Below, piece after piece: positions 41,009 to 51,647 of a DNA stretch of 64,000 nucleotides (positions are counted from its first letter, which is position 1; the number at the start of each line of letters is the position of its first letter). The stretch covers positions 46,699 through 110,698 of the forward strand of contig JASEFN010000002.1 in the NCBI GenBank assembly GCA_030018355.1, written 5' to 3'. The DNA comes from Caldisericia bacterium (GTDB lineage: Bacteria > Caldisericota > Caldisericia > B22-G15). The notes under the pieces were generated by a model. It was given only the letters and a program-made list of their open reading frames with translations. It did no database searches and had not been told where the DNA came from. The translations under genes were made by a program, and so were the position numbers.

Positions 41009-41987
41009 AAAAGAAGTTATTTTAAAAATCTTAAAACTCAATTTATCAAGAAAGAAAAAATGGGAATTAATTAAAAGTGATTTAATACATAAAGAAATCA
41101 ATAGTTCTTCTTTTGACAAAGAAGAAAAAGAGTTGGAGTTTTATAACAAAAGGGGAATTAACTTTATAACTTTTCTTGATGAAAATTATCCTGAACCTCT
41201 CAAAAATATTTATGATCCACCAATAGCACTTTTTTATAAAGGTAAATTAAAAAAAGATTTTATTGGAGTTAGTATTGTTGGAACAAGAAGATGTAGTGAT
41301 TATGGAAGGTTTGTAAGTGAAGAGTTGTCATCTTATCTTGTGAAATATGGGGTAGTTGTTATAAGTGGTCTTGCTTATGGAATTGATACATATGCACACA
41401 TAGGAGCCTTAAAAGGTGGAGGAGAAACATATGCAGTTTTAGGAAGTGGGTTAAATATTATTTATCCATCAAAAAATTTGACTCTTTCTAAAAAAATTGA
41501 AGAGAATGGAGCATTAATTTCTGAATATTTTCCAGATGAAAAACCAAGGGATTATCATTTTCCAGAGAGAAATAGAATAATTGCAGGTCTATCTAAAGCA
41601 GTTGTTCTTGTTGAGGCGCCTATAAAAAGTGGTGCACTGATTACAGTTGATTTTGCAATTGACTTTGGAAGAGAGGTCTTTTCTGTTCCAGGTCAAATAA
41701 ATAGCGAAAAATCAGAAGGATGTCATAAGATAATAAAAGATGGTGCTAATATTTTATGTAAATATTCTGATATTCTTGAGTTATTAAATATAAAACCAAA
41801 AGACACTCCTCTTCCAATTTTAGATGAAGATGAAAAAAGAGTTTTGGAAAAAGTTCCTTATACAATAACATATATTGATGATATAATTGAATCTTCGAAA
41901 GATCTTTCTATTCTTGTTTCTCTTGAAAGTAAAGGGTTAATTCAGAGTTTTCCTGGAAATTTTTATATAAGAAAAAGAATAAGATGA
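40971..41987 (+). CDS. dprA: DNA-processing protein DprA
   Basis: YPEPLKNIYDPP, IVGTR, SGLAYGID, FPERNRII, VEA..KSGALIT; start placed at ATG 40971. Confidence 0.94.
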   Translation: MKNLLDLINLYGEKEVILKILKLNLSRKKKWELIKSDLIHKEINSSSFDKEEKELEFYNKRGINFITFLDENYPEPLKNIYDPPIALFYKGKLKKDFIGVSIVGTRRCSDYGRFVSEELSSYLVKYGVVVISGLAYGIDTYAHIGALKGGGETYAVLGSGLNIIYPSKNLTLSKKIEENGALISEYFPDEKPRDYHFPERNRIIAGLSKAVVLVEAPIKSGALITVDFAIDFGREVFSVPGQINSEKSEGCHKIIKDGANILCKYSDILELLNIKPKDTPLPILDEDEKRVLEKVPYTITYIDDIIESSKDLSILVSLESKGLIQSFPGNFYIRKRIR

Positions 41988-44263
41988 TAGATAAAATTCT
42001 CGATATTTTAATACTTGAAAGAAAAAGAAAATTTGACAATAAATCTGTAATTGGCGGGTTTAATTCATTTTTATTAAATAATATTTCACATCTTGAATTA
42101 TATGGAATTGATATAAAAAAATTAAAAAAACTTTTAAATGAATATCAAGAGGAAAATTTAGAAAAAAGAAAAAAAATTTATTGGAATATATTTAATGAAA
42201 TTATAGACTCTATTTTTAAATTAAGAGAAATAGACCTTGATAAGATTCCTCAAATTGGAGAAAAAAGAAAGGAGATTTTAAATAAATTAGGAATTTATAA
42301 CTCATATGACCTTATTTATTATTTTCCGAGAAAGTACATTGATTTTGGAAAACTTACAAAAATTGTTAATGTAAAAAATGGTGAGTATGCACAAGTTCAA
42401 GGAGAAGTTTTGTCAATTGAGAAAAAAAATATAAGAAGCAATCTTTCAATATTAAAAGTTAAATTTTTTGATGGAACTTCAAGTTTATATGGAGTATGGT
42501 TTAATCAACCTTATCTTGAAAAATTTTTCAGAAAAGGAAAAAAGTTTTTACTTATGGGCGAAGTTTCATATAATTTTGGTGAATGGCAAATTGAAAACCC
42601 TGATTTTGAAGAGATAGAGAGTTTTAAAGATGATTCAAAAGAAAAAATAGTCCCAATATATTCCCAAACAAAAGGACTTACTTCTAAAATTATTTCAAAT
42701 TGTATAAATGAAGCAATTAAATTAACAGAAAAATTTATATTTGATCCACTTCCAAAAGAGATAATTAAAAAAAGAGAACTTGTACCTTTAAACTTTGCAT
42801 TAAAAAATATTCACTTTCCTCTTTCAAAGGAGAGTCTAAAAAAGAGTGAGTTTAGATTGAAATATGAAGAACTCTTCCTTTTTCAACTTTTCCTTCAAGT
42901 AAGAAAAATGAAGATAAAAGAGAAATTGGGGATGAAATATGAAGTAAAAGAGAGTGATAGAGAAAAATTTATATCTTCACTCCCTTTTAAACTTACAAAA
43001 GGACAATTGAAAGTTATAGATGAAATTGAAAGAGATTTAAAAAGTGGGAAGGTAATGAATCGTCTTTTACATGGAGAAGTTGGAAGTGGAAAAACAGTAG
43101 TTGCTGCATATTCACTCTATCTTTCTGTTTTAAATAAAACACAAGGAGCAATGATGTCTCCAACAGAAATTCTTGCAATTCAAACTTATAATAATGTTAA
43201 AAAATTTTTATCTCCTTTTAATATAAGAGTTGAACTTTTAACCGGAAGCACAAAAAATAAAGACGAAATTAAAAAAAGATTGAAAGAGGGTGAAATAGAT
43301 ATAATTATAGGAACTCATGCTTTAATAGAGGAGGATATTGAATTTAAGAATCTATCTCTTGTTATAGTTGATGAACAACATAGATTTGGTGTTTTGCAGA
43401 GAGGTGAGTTAATTAAAAAAGGTCGTTTTCCTCATACACTTGTTTTATCTGCAACTCCAATTCCAAGAACACTTGCACTTACTCTTTATGGAGATCTAGA
43501 TATATCAACAATAGATGAGCTTCCTCCAGGTAGAAAGCCAGTGAAAACAATTGTGTTTCCAAAAGAAGAAAAAGAAAAAGCATATGAATTTGTAAGAGAA
43601 AAATTAAGAGATGGAGAAAAAATTTATGTTGTTTGTCCTTTAATTGAGGAGAGTGAAAAATTAGAGATTTCATCTGTTAAAGAGAAATATGAAGAGTTTA
43701 AAGAAATATTTAGAGGAGTAAAAATTGATATTTTACATGGAAGAATGAGGGGAGATGAAAAGGAAGCGAAGATTAAAAATTTTAGAGAGGGTGACACACA
43801 AATATTAATTTCAACAAGTGTTATTGAAGTTGGAATTGATGTTCCTGAAGCAAATATTATTCTTGTTGAAGATGCACAAAGATTTGGTCTTTTAACTTTA
43901 CATCAATTAAGGGGAAGAGTTGGAAGAGGAGATAAGGAGTCATACTGTCTTTTAATTCTTTCAAATTATGATAAAGATTCTCTAAGAAGAGTTAGAGTTT
44001 TAGAAAGAACTAATTCTGGTCTTGAAATTTCAGAATGGGATCTAAAATTTAGAGGAACTGGAGAACTTGGTGGAGAAAAACAACATGGAGTTTCAGAGTT
44101 TAAAATTGTAAATCTTTTAAGTGAAGAAGATTTTGAGATTTTAAAAATTGCGAGAGAAGATGTTGAGTCTTTTATTAAAAATTATTCACTACTCGATTAT
44201 CCATATTTATTAAAAGAGTTATCTTTGAGATTCAAAGATTTTAAATTACTTGATATATCATGA
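41984..44263 (+). CDS. recG: ATP-dependent DNA helicase RecG
   Basis: GEVGSGKT, VDEQHRFG, SATPIPRT, HQLRGRVGRG, wedge domain. Confidence 0.96.
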   Translation: MIDKILDILILERKRKFDNKSVIGGFNSFLLNNISHLELYGIDIKKLKKLLNEYQEENLEKRKKIYWNIFNEIIDSIFKLREIDLDKIPQIGEKRKEILNKLGIYNSYDLIYYFPRKYIDFGKLTKIVNVKNGEYAQVQGEVLSIEKKNIRSNLSILKVKFFDGTSSLYGVWFNQPYLEKFFRKGKKFLLMGEVSYNFGEWQIENPDFEEIESFKDDSKEKIVPIYSQTKGLTSKIISNCINEAIKLTEKFIFDPLPKEIIKKRELVPLNFALKNIHFPLSKESLKKSEFRLKYEELFLFQLFLQVRKMKIKEKLGMKYEVKESDREKFISSLPFKLTKGQLKVIDEIERDLKSGKVMNRLLHGEVGSGKTVVAAYSLYLSVLNKTQGAMMSPTEILAIQTYNNVKKFLSPFNIRVELLTGSTKNKDEIKKRLKEGEIDIIIGTHALIEEDIEFKNLSLVIVDEQHRFGVLQRGELIKKGRFPHTLVLSATPIPRTLALTLYGDLDISTIDELPPGRKPVKTIVFPKEEKEKAYEFVREKLRDGEKIYVVCPLIEESEKLEISSVKEKYEEFKEIFRGVKIDILHGRMRGDEKEAKIKNFREGDTQILISTSVIEVGIDVPEANIILVEDAQRFGLLTLHQLRGRVGRGDKESYCLLILSNYDKDSLRRVRVLERTNSGLEISEWDLKFRGTGELGGEKQHGVSEFKIVNLLSEEDFEILKIAREDVESFIKNYSLLDYPYLLKELSLRFKDFKLLDIS

Positions 44264-44820
44264 GGATAACATCTGGAGTGTTAAGGGGAAGAAAAATTTT
44301 AGAGGTTAATGACAGAAGAGTAAGAGAAACTCTTGATATTGTAAGAGAATCACTTTTTAATTCATTAAGAGGACATATTGAAAATAAAGTTTTTTATGAT
44401 CTATTTGCTGGCTCTGGGGCAGTTGGAATAGAGGCTTTGTCTTGTGGAGCAAGTTTTGCTGTATTTGTAGACAACAATTTTAAATCAATTAAAACAATAA
44501 TTGAAAATCTTAAGAGTTTAAATTTGATAGATAAAGCAAAAGTTATAAAAAAAGATGTTTTAAGATTTTTAAAAGGAGAAAAAGGTTCTCTTCCTAAAGG
44601 AGATTTTATTTTTCTTGATCCACCATATGAATTTGGGCTTGGTGAAAGAGCACTTGAAATAATTTCAATTAGTAATATCATTAAAGATGAAACAATAATA
44701 ATTTATGAACACTCTAAAAGAGAAAGTTTAAAAACAAGTTTTGAAATAGTAAAAAGTTTGAAAATTGGAGAAACTATTTTAGATTTTTTAATAATAAGGA
44801 GAGGAAGCACGAATGGATAA
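44260..44820 (+). CDS. rsmD: 16S rRNA m2G966 methyltransferase
   Basis: MRITSG..RGR, DLFAGSG..GIEALS, FLDPPY. Confidence 0.92.
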   Translation: MRITSGVLRGRKILEVNDRRVRETLDIVRESLFNSLRGHIENKVFYDLFAGSGAVGIEALSCGASFAVFVDNNFKSIKTIIENLKSLNLIDKAKVIKKDVLRFLKGEKGSLPKGDFIFLDPPYEFGLGERALEIISISNIIKDETIIIYEHSKRESLKTSFEIVKSLKIGETILDFLIIRRGSTNG

Positions 44821-45307
44821 GGAAAAAGGAAAAATTGCGGTTTATCCTGGTAGTTTTGATCCCCCTACTTTGGGACATCTTGATTTAATAAAAAGAGCAT
44901 CTAAAATTTTTGATAAATTAATTGTTTTGGTTTCAGATAGCAAAAACAAAAATTATATGTTTTCAAAAGAAGAGAGATTTTTAATGGTTAAAGAGATGGT
45001 GGAACAGATTGAAAATGTTGAAGTTCAAATGTTGAATGGCCTTTTAATTGATTATCTTAAAGCAAATAAAATAAAATTTGTAATTAGAGGCTTAAGAATT
45101 ACATCTGACTTTGATTATGAGTTTCAAATGTCTTCATTTAATAAAGTTCTCTATCCTGAAATTGAAACAATTTATATAATGAGTGATAGTAAATATACAC
45201 TTTTATCTTCAAGTTTAGTTAGAGAATTAATTTTAAATAATGGAGATATAAGCAAATTTGTACCAGAATCTGTTGTAAAATTTATTAAAAGTAGAGGGGT
45301 AAAATGA
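44813..45307 (+). CDS. coaD: Pantetheine-phosphate adenylyltransferase
   Basis: YPGSFDPPTLGH, IRGLR..SDFDYE, SSSLVRE. Confidence 0.96.
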   Translation: MDKEKGKIAVYPGSFDPPTLGHLDLIKRASKIFDKLIVLVSDSKNKNYMFSKEERFLMVKEMVEQIENVEVQMLNGLLIDYLKANKIKFVIRGLRITSDFDYEFQMSSFNKVLYPEIETIYIMSDSKYTLLSSSLVRELILNNGDISKFVPESVVKFIKSRGVK

Positions 45308-45750
45308 ACATATTAGGTTTGTTAAGTAATTTAAAATCTTTAATCGAAAAAGGGAAACCTGTCCCTTTTTCAAATATGGTGATGGTAGATGAGAAAAAAC
45401 TTTTGTCAATTATTGAAGAGATTGAAAAAAATTTTCCTTCTGAATTTGAAAAGGCAAGAGAGATTTTAAGAAATAAAGAGAGTATTATATCTGAAGCGAG
45501 AGAAAGGGCAAAAAAAATAATTGAAAATGCTGAAAATGATAAGAAAAGATTGATTTATGAGTCAGAAATAGTTCTTGAGGCAAAAGAAGAGGCTGAAAGA
45601 CTTCTTAAAGAGGCAAGAGAGGAAGCAGAAAGAATTAAGAATGAGGGTAAGGAGTTTGTAAAAGAACTCTTGTCAAAAGTTGATAACTACCTTCTTAAGG
45701 CAAGAAACATAATTAATGATGGTATAAACGCATTATCGGAGGAAGATTAA
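45304..45750 (+). CDS. Conserved coiled-coil protein between coaD and yceD
   Basis: K.VPFS...VD motif then heptad repeats; position typical of Clostridia-like coaD loci. Confidence 0.7.
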   Translation: MNILGLLSNLKSLIEKGKPVPFSNMVMVDEKKLLSIIEEIEKNFPSEFEKAREILRNKESIISEARERAKKIIENAENDKKRLIYESEIVLEAKEEAERLLKEAREEAERIKNEGKEFVKELLSKVDNYLLKARNIINDGINALSEED

Positions 45751-46317
45751 ATGATAAGTGTAAGAGATCTAAAGAGAGAAACAGGTCTTAAAAAAAAGGT
45801 TTCTCTCGAACTTACTTTTAATGAAATTGAAGGTTTTAAAATTTTGTCTCCGGTTCTTGTTGATATAGAAATAGAAAATATTGGTATGGGATTTACTGTA
45901 AAAGGAAATTTTGAAGTGACTGTTGAACTACAATGCAGAAGATGTCTTAAATTTTTTCCATATAAACTTGTTGCAGAAATTGACGAAATTTATACAACAA
46001 AAAGAGAAGAGATTCAACCAAAAAAGTTGTTAAATCGTGATGAACTCTCAACATTTTTGTTTAATGGAGAGGAGATAAATATTAAAGAAGCAATAAGGCA
46101 AAACATAATTGTTTTAATCCCTCCATATCCACTTTGCAAAGATGATTGTAAAGGTTTGTGTCCAATTTGTGGTAAAGATTTAAACGAAGGATTTTGTGAG
46201 CACATTGAATTTCTTGAAAAAGAAGATATTGAGGAAAACCCATTCTATAAACTTTATTTAAAACTTTATGAAGATAATAAAAAGCGTTCTCACGGAAATA
46301 AAAAAAAGAAAATTTGA
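45751..46317 (+). CDS. yceD: DUF177/YceD metal-binding protein
   Basis: CRRCL and PLCKDDCKGLCPICG.DLN. Confidence 0.9.
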   Translation: MISVRDLKRETGLKKKVSLELTFNEIEGFKILSPVLVDIEIENIGMGFTVKGNFEVTVELQCRRCLKFFPYKLVAEIDEIYTTKREEIQPKKLLNRDELSTFLFNGEEINIKEAIRQNIIVLIPPYPLCKDDCKGLCPICGKDLNEGFCEHIEFLEKEDIEENPFYKLYLKLYEDNKKRSHGNKKKKI

Positions 46318-46900
46318 ATTATTCAAATTTTTCTTAAGATTTTTCATCTCTTTTTTAATTGGAGGAATTATTGTATATTTTGTTTTCATTTTTATAAAAA
46401 ATTCATCTTATGTAAATAAAGATTTATTTAAAAATATTTTTGATGAAATAAAAAAGCATCTTGAAACCTATTTTCTTCCTTATACTCAAAAAGGAATTTT
46501 TGGGAGAATTTTCTTTATATTTTTAAACAATTTTAGAGTTGTTGTTGTGGCTGGCATATTAAGTTTTATTACTTTTGGAATCTTTTCAGAAATTGTTGCA
46601 TATATAAATGGATTTTTAGTTGGTGCTGTTGTATTCTCTCTTCCTTTAATATTTGAGAAGGCAAATCCTATTTCAGTTTTTTTATTTGGCATAGCGCCTC
46701 ATGGAATTTTTGAAATTTTTGCTTTTCTTCTCTCTTTGACTTTTGCTCACTCTCTCTCACCTACTAAAGATGGAATAAAATCTATTGATTTGTATTTAAA
46801 ATCATATATTATTGTAATTCCTCTTCTTTTTATTGCATCAATAATAGAGGTTACTTTTACGCCTTTTCTTTTATCATTGTTTTTACTTAAAAATATTTAA
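46268..46900 (+). CDS. SpoIIM/DUF95-family membrane protein
   Basis: IFLNN, NGFLVG, PHGIFE, A..IE...TP motifs; multi-TM. Confidence 0.8.
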   Translation: MKIIKSVLTEIKKRKFELFKFFLRFFISFLIGGIIVYFVFIFIKNSSYVNKDLFKNIFDEIKKHLETYFLPYTQKGIFGRIFFIFLNNFRVVVVAGILSFITFGIFSEIVAYINGFLVGAVVFSLPLIFEKANPISVFLFGIAPHGIFEIFAFLLSLTFAHSLSPTKDGIKSIDLYLKSYIIVIPLLFIASIIEVTFTPFLLSLFLLKNI

Positions 46901-46906
46901 AATTTA

Positions 46907-49349
46907 TTACCAACCAGGATTTATATTCCCTTCTTTCTCAATAAATGGAAGCCAAACAAGAGAGAAAAATCTTATATTTATCTCTGTTTTTGATGGTTTT
47001 AAAATAATTTTCTCAAAACTCTCTTTTGATGGATCTAATCGTTCTTCAATTTTTTGAATCTCTATCTGAAACTCTTTTTCGAGTTCCTTTAATTCACTTT
47101 CATATTTTTGAACTGTCTCCTCTGCTCTCTTTATATCTTCCTCTTCTTTCATTATTCTTGTTGCATCCCTTGCTGCAGTTGTTGCTCTTCCTATATTTCC
47201 AACTCCTGTGATTTTTCTACCAAGTATTGCGCCAAGAATTGTTGCACCAAATGAAATTGTAGTTTGTAGTTTTCTCTGCTGAAGTTGATCCTTTTCTCTA
47301 TCAAGAATTTGTAATGCTTTTCTATATTTTTCTTCTATTGACTTTAACTTTTCTTCATAATTTTTGATTATCTTCTCTTTTTCTTCTTCTCTTTTATCTC
47401 TTGATAATTCAACAAGTCTTATTTTAAATTCACTTTCACTTTCATTTGGTTTTGAGTAAATTTTATAGGTTGGACTTTTATAAATTTCAAGATTTATATT
47501 ATTCCTTATATGATTTATAAACTCTTTTTTCCAAGTATCATAATTTTTTGGATTAAAAGCTTGTTTAGGTAAGTTTTCAAAAAAGGCTTCTGATTCTGGT
47601 TTTGAAGAGAGTTCATTTAAGTTAATATTTAATTCAAATGAATTTGAAAAATCAACTGGAATTGGTGCGTCTTTTATTTCTGCTGCCAGAATTTTTTCAA
47701 CATTATAATCTAATCCCTTTTTTGAGTCACTAAAATTAACAATTGCACTTCCTAAAACGAAGGGTTTATAAATTAATTTAGATGATTCTGAGATTATTTT
47801 TTTTAGAGTTTAAAAAATATTGAGTTATTGTTGGTGGAACAATAGGAATTTCTTTTTTAATCTCCTCTTTTTGAATTACATTTTTTATTTCAAAAGGCAT
47901 TTTATACTCTTTTTTGGTTTCAAAAGCACCCTCTTTTATTTTAGAGGACATTAAAATTTTTATGTGATCTTTTGTCAAAGGCCCTCTTAAATATGATAAA
48001 ACATGTCTTGTTTCAAAAATAATTGGTTCATTTTCATGAATATTATTCATAATAAAAATTCTTTTTCCTAAAGAAGATATAACTTTATCAAAAAACTTTC
48101 TATCAAATTTTAAATTTATATTTTGCGATGCAATGTCTAAACCTTCTAAAACTTTTTCCTTGTCTCTTTCTGTCTGGAGTCTTCCAATAAACCATGTACC
48201 AATGTTTGATAAACCTTTATAATCAATATCAACTGGATTTTGTGTTGAAAGGAGAATTCCAACTCCAAAAGCACGTGCCTGTTTTAAAAGAGTAAGAAGA
48301 GGCTTTTTTGATGGAGGATTTGCAATTGGTGGAAAGTATCCAAAAATTTCATCCATATATATTAATGCTCTTAAATGATTTGTTCCAGATAAAGTTCTTA
48401 CCCATGAGAGTATTTCATTAAATAAAAGCGAGACAAAAAACATTCTCTCTTTCTCATTTAAATGTGCTAAATAAAAAATAGAAATTCTTGGTTTTCCATT
48501 TTCTGAATAAAGTATCTTATTTATTTCAAGTGGAACTCCTTCAAACCATAGATTAAAAGATGGAGATGCAATAAGATTGTTTAATGCAAGAGATAAGTTG
48601 TATCTTTCTTTTGATGGATAAAAATTTTCAATATCCATAACTCCAATTTTTTTAATAACTGGATTTTGAATTTCATGAATAAGTGTTTCTATGGATAAAC
48701 TTTTATTTTCTTTCCAATAATTTTCTATTAATTTTGAAATTAAAATGTGATCTCTTGATTTTAATGGATCTCCTTCTATTCCAATCAAACTTAATAAACT
48801 TGATGTTATCGAAAAAATTTTATCACTTAAAAGCTCCTCATCCTCCAAAATTTCTTTTGGAGGAGATGCAAAAGATTTTAATATTGAGACTGGAATCCCT
48901 GCTTTGCTTCCAGGAGTAAAAATAACAATGTCAACAGATTCTTTTAATTTTTTAATTCTCTCTTTACTTTGACCCCATTTTTTAATTCCTTCTTCCCAAA
49001 TTTTAGAAACCTCTTTTGCATACTCTTCTTTTGTTAATCCTTTTTTTGCAGCTTCTTCTTCATTTATCCATGGCAAAAATTCTTCAGGTGACAAATTTTC
49101 AAAAAGTAGAGCAATATTTGCAAGATCGCCTTTTGGATCAATTAGAATAGATGGTATATTATCAATAGCTGCCTCTTCTAAAATTCCAATACACAAACCA
49201 GTTTTCCCGCTTCCAGTCATTCCAATGCAAATACCATGTGTTAAAAGATCTTTGGAATCATACAATATTATTTCATCGAATACCTCATTTTTTTCTATGT
49301 CATACTTTTTCCCAAGATAAAAATATCCTAATTTTTCAAAATCAACCAC
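46907..49349 (-). pseudogene. HerA/FtsK-family (DUF87-like) ATPase, ~813 aa if joined, interrupted by a +1 frameshift at A8 (47797-47804)
   Basis: 5' frame 49349-47778 has GMTGSGKT, IYMDE, KQARAFG...STQNPVD; second frame open 47809-46907; deleting one A joins them. Could be assembly error, slippage or true pseudogene. Confidence 0.8.
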
Positions 49350-49451
49350 TATTTCACCTCCTTTTAATTATAATTATAAAGCATTGTAAAAATGATTTTT
49401 ATTTAATATAATTTTAATGGTTAATTTTCTCTTTAAAAAAAGGAGGGATTT

Positions 49452-50423
49452 ATGAGCAAAATCCTTGTAACAGGAGCAACAGGACAAATTGGTTCAGAAC
49501 TTACTTTATATTTAAGAGAAATTTTTGGAAGTGAAAATGTCATTGCAGCGGGTCATAAGAGAGAGCCAAGCAAAGAATTAAAAGAGTCAGGACCATTTAT
49601 TTTTTTAGATACACAAAATTATGAAGATATTGAGAGAGTGGTAAAAAATTTTCAGATAGACACAATTTATCACTTATCAGCAATTTTATCAGCAAAAGGA
49701 GAAGAATCGCCAATGTCATGTTGGAATGTTAATATGAATTCTCTTATTAATGTTCTTGAAATTGGAAGAAATTATAAATGTAAAATTTTTTATCCATCAT
49801 CTATTGCTGTATTTGGTCCTTCATCTCCTAAGGAAAACACACCACAAGAAACAATAATTAGACCAACAACTATGTATGGAATTACTAAACTTACTGGAGA
49901 ATTGTTATGTGAATATTATTATAATAAATATGGAGTTGATACAAGAGGAGTTAGATACCCTGGACTCATTTCATATGTTACACCACCTGGGGGAGGGACA
50001 ACAGATTATGCAGTTGAAATTTTTTATGAAGCAATAAAAAATAAGAGATATAAATGTTTCCTTAAGGAAGATACATATCTTCCTATGATGTATATGCCAG
50101 ATGCAATAAAAGCAGCAGTTGATTTAATGGAGGCAGATTCAAAAAAATTGATTCATAGAGCATCTTATAATATTCAAAGTATGAGTTTTTCTCCAAAAGA
50201 ACTATATTTAGAAATAAAAAAATATATCCCTGAATTTGAAATTGAATATGAGATTAATCCTATTAAACAATGTATTGCTGATTCATGGCCTAAATCTATT
50301 GATTCAACATGTGCAAAAGAAGAGTGGGGTTTTAATCCAAAGTATTCTTTTCAAGATATGGTGAAGGATATGATTGAAAAATTAACCAAAAAACTTTTAG
50401 GAGGTGATTATGCCATTAAATAA
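49452..50423 (+). CDS. tdh: L-threonine 3-dehydrogenase (SDR/epimerase type)
   Basis: TGATGQIG, LSAKGE, PSSIAVFG, YGITK, PGGGTTDYAV, IADSWP; adjacent to kbl. Confidence 0.88.
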   Translation: MSKILVTGATGQIGSELTLYLREIFGSENVIAAGHKREPSKELKESGPFIFLDTQNYEDIERVVKNFQIDTIYHLSAILSAKGEESPMSCWNVNMNSLINVLEIGRNYKCKIFYPSSIAVFGPSSPKENTPQETIIRPTTMYGITKLTGELLCEYYYNKYGVDTRGVRYPGLISYVTPPGGGTTDYAVEIFYEAIKNKRYKCFLKEDTYLPMMYMPDAIKAAVDLMEADSKKLIHRASYNIQSMSFSPKELYLEIKKYIPEFEIEYEINPIKQCIADSWPKSIDSTCAKEEWGFNPKYSFQDMVKDMIEKLTKKLLGGDYAIK

Positions 50424-51636
50424 ATTAAAAAAGTCTTTGGAAGAGAAAATAAAAGAGATTGATGAAAAGGGAATAGTTAAAAGGAAAGAGAGTATAATTC
50501 AAGATATTAAAAAGTGTGATGGGGTTAAAGGAAATAGATATATTTTAAAAGGAGAAGAGGATAAAGAATATATCAGAATGAACTCAAATTCATATCTTGC
50601 ACTTCATCTAAATGAAAGAGTTAAACAAAAGGAAGAGGAAGCAATTAAAAAATTTGGTGTTGGGCCAGGAGCAGTAAGATTTATAAGTGGAACATATGAA
50701 CCTCATAAAGTACTTGAAGAAAAAGTTGCAAGATTTCATTCAAGGGAAGACGCGATAATTTTTAGTTCTGCATATGGTTGTGTTGTTGGAACTCTATTTT
50801 CTCTTATAGATGAAGAGACTTATGTTATAAGTGATGAGTTGAATCATAATTGTATAATAAATGGAATAAGATTATCTAAGCCAAAAGATAAAGATATTTA
50901 TAAACATTTAGATTATAAAGAGTGCGAAGAAAAAATAAAAGAGAAAATTGGAAAAGCAAAAAAAGTTTTAATAATTACTGACGGAGTTTTTAGTATGAGA
51001 GGAGACTACGCTCCACTTGATAAACTACAAGAAATAGCAAATAAATATGATAAAGATTTTGATGAAGGCGTAATTCTTATTGTAGATGATTCTCATGGAG
51101 TTGGAATTTTTGGAGAGAGTGGCAGAGGAACTGAGGAGGTGCTTAATACAAAAGTTGATATATTAATTGGAACTTTTGGAAAAGCATTTGGAGTAAATGG
51201 TGGATATCTTGTATCAGATAAAATTATTGTTGACTATTTAAGAGAAAAAGCACCTTTTTATATTTATACAAATCCAATAACTCCAGGAGAAGCAAATGCA
51301 ATAATTGAATCAATAAATATAATTGATAGCGAAGAAGGAAAAGGAATGATAAGATATGTTAGAGAACTTGCAAAAAAATTTAGAGATGGAATAGTTTCTC
51401 TTGGACTTGAAACAACTATAAGTGAACATCCTATTGTTCCTCTTATAATAAGAGACACAGAAAAAACGAAAAATCTTGTTAAATATTTAAGGGAAAACGG
51501 AGTTTTATCTACTGGTTTAAACTATCCAATAGTTCCAAAAGGAGAAGAATTAATTAGATTTCAAGTAACTTATGAGCATACAGAATATGATATAAATTAT
51601 GTTTTAGGAGTTATAAAAAACTTCTTCCAAAAATAA
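50410..51636 (+). CDS. kbl: Glycine C-acetyltransferase (2-amino-3-ketobutyrate CoA ligase)
   Basis: NSYL, GAVRFISGT, SDELNH, DGVFSM.GD, DDSHG, GTFGKAFG. Confidence 0.85.
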   Translation: MPLNKLKKSLEEKIKEIDEKGIVKRKESIIQDIKKCDGVKGNRYILKGEEDKEYIRMNSNSYLALHLNERVKQKEEEAIKKFGVGPGAVRFISGTYEPHKVLEEKVARFHSREDAIIFSSAYGCVVGTLFSLIDEETYVISDELNHNCIINGIRLSKPKDKDIYKHLDYKECEEKIKEKIGKAKKVLIITDGVFSMRGDYAPLDKLQEIANKYDKDFDEGVILIVDDSHGVGIFGESGRGTEEVLNTKVDILIGTFGKAFGVNGGYLVSDKIIVDYLREKAPFYIYTNPITPGEANAIIESINIIDSEEGKGMIRYVRELAKKFRDGIVSLGLETTISEHPIVPLIIRDTEKTKNLVKYLRENGVLSTGLNYPIVPKGEELIRFQVTYEHTEYDINYVLGVIKNFFQK

Positions 51637-51647
51637 AAATTATTTTT

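Noticed and set aside
46268..46900. Evidence of sporulation from the SpoIIM-like gene
   Set aside because: The family is widespread in non-sporulating prokaryotes and no other spo genes are present
46907..47152. 81-aa ORF as an independent gene
   Set aside because: It is the end of a 300-codon open frame continuing the HerA-like ATPase
47808..47817. -1 slippery heptamers T-TTT-TTA and T-TTA-AAC before the A8 tract
   Set aside because: The -1 frame hits TAA within a few codons; the shift needed is +1
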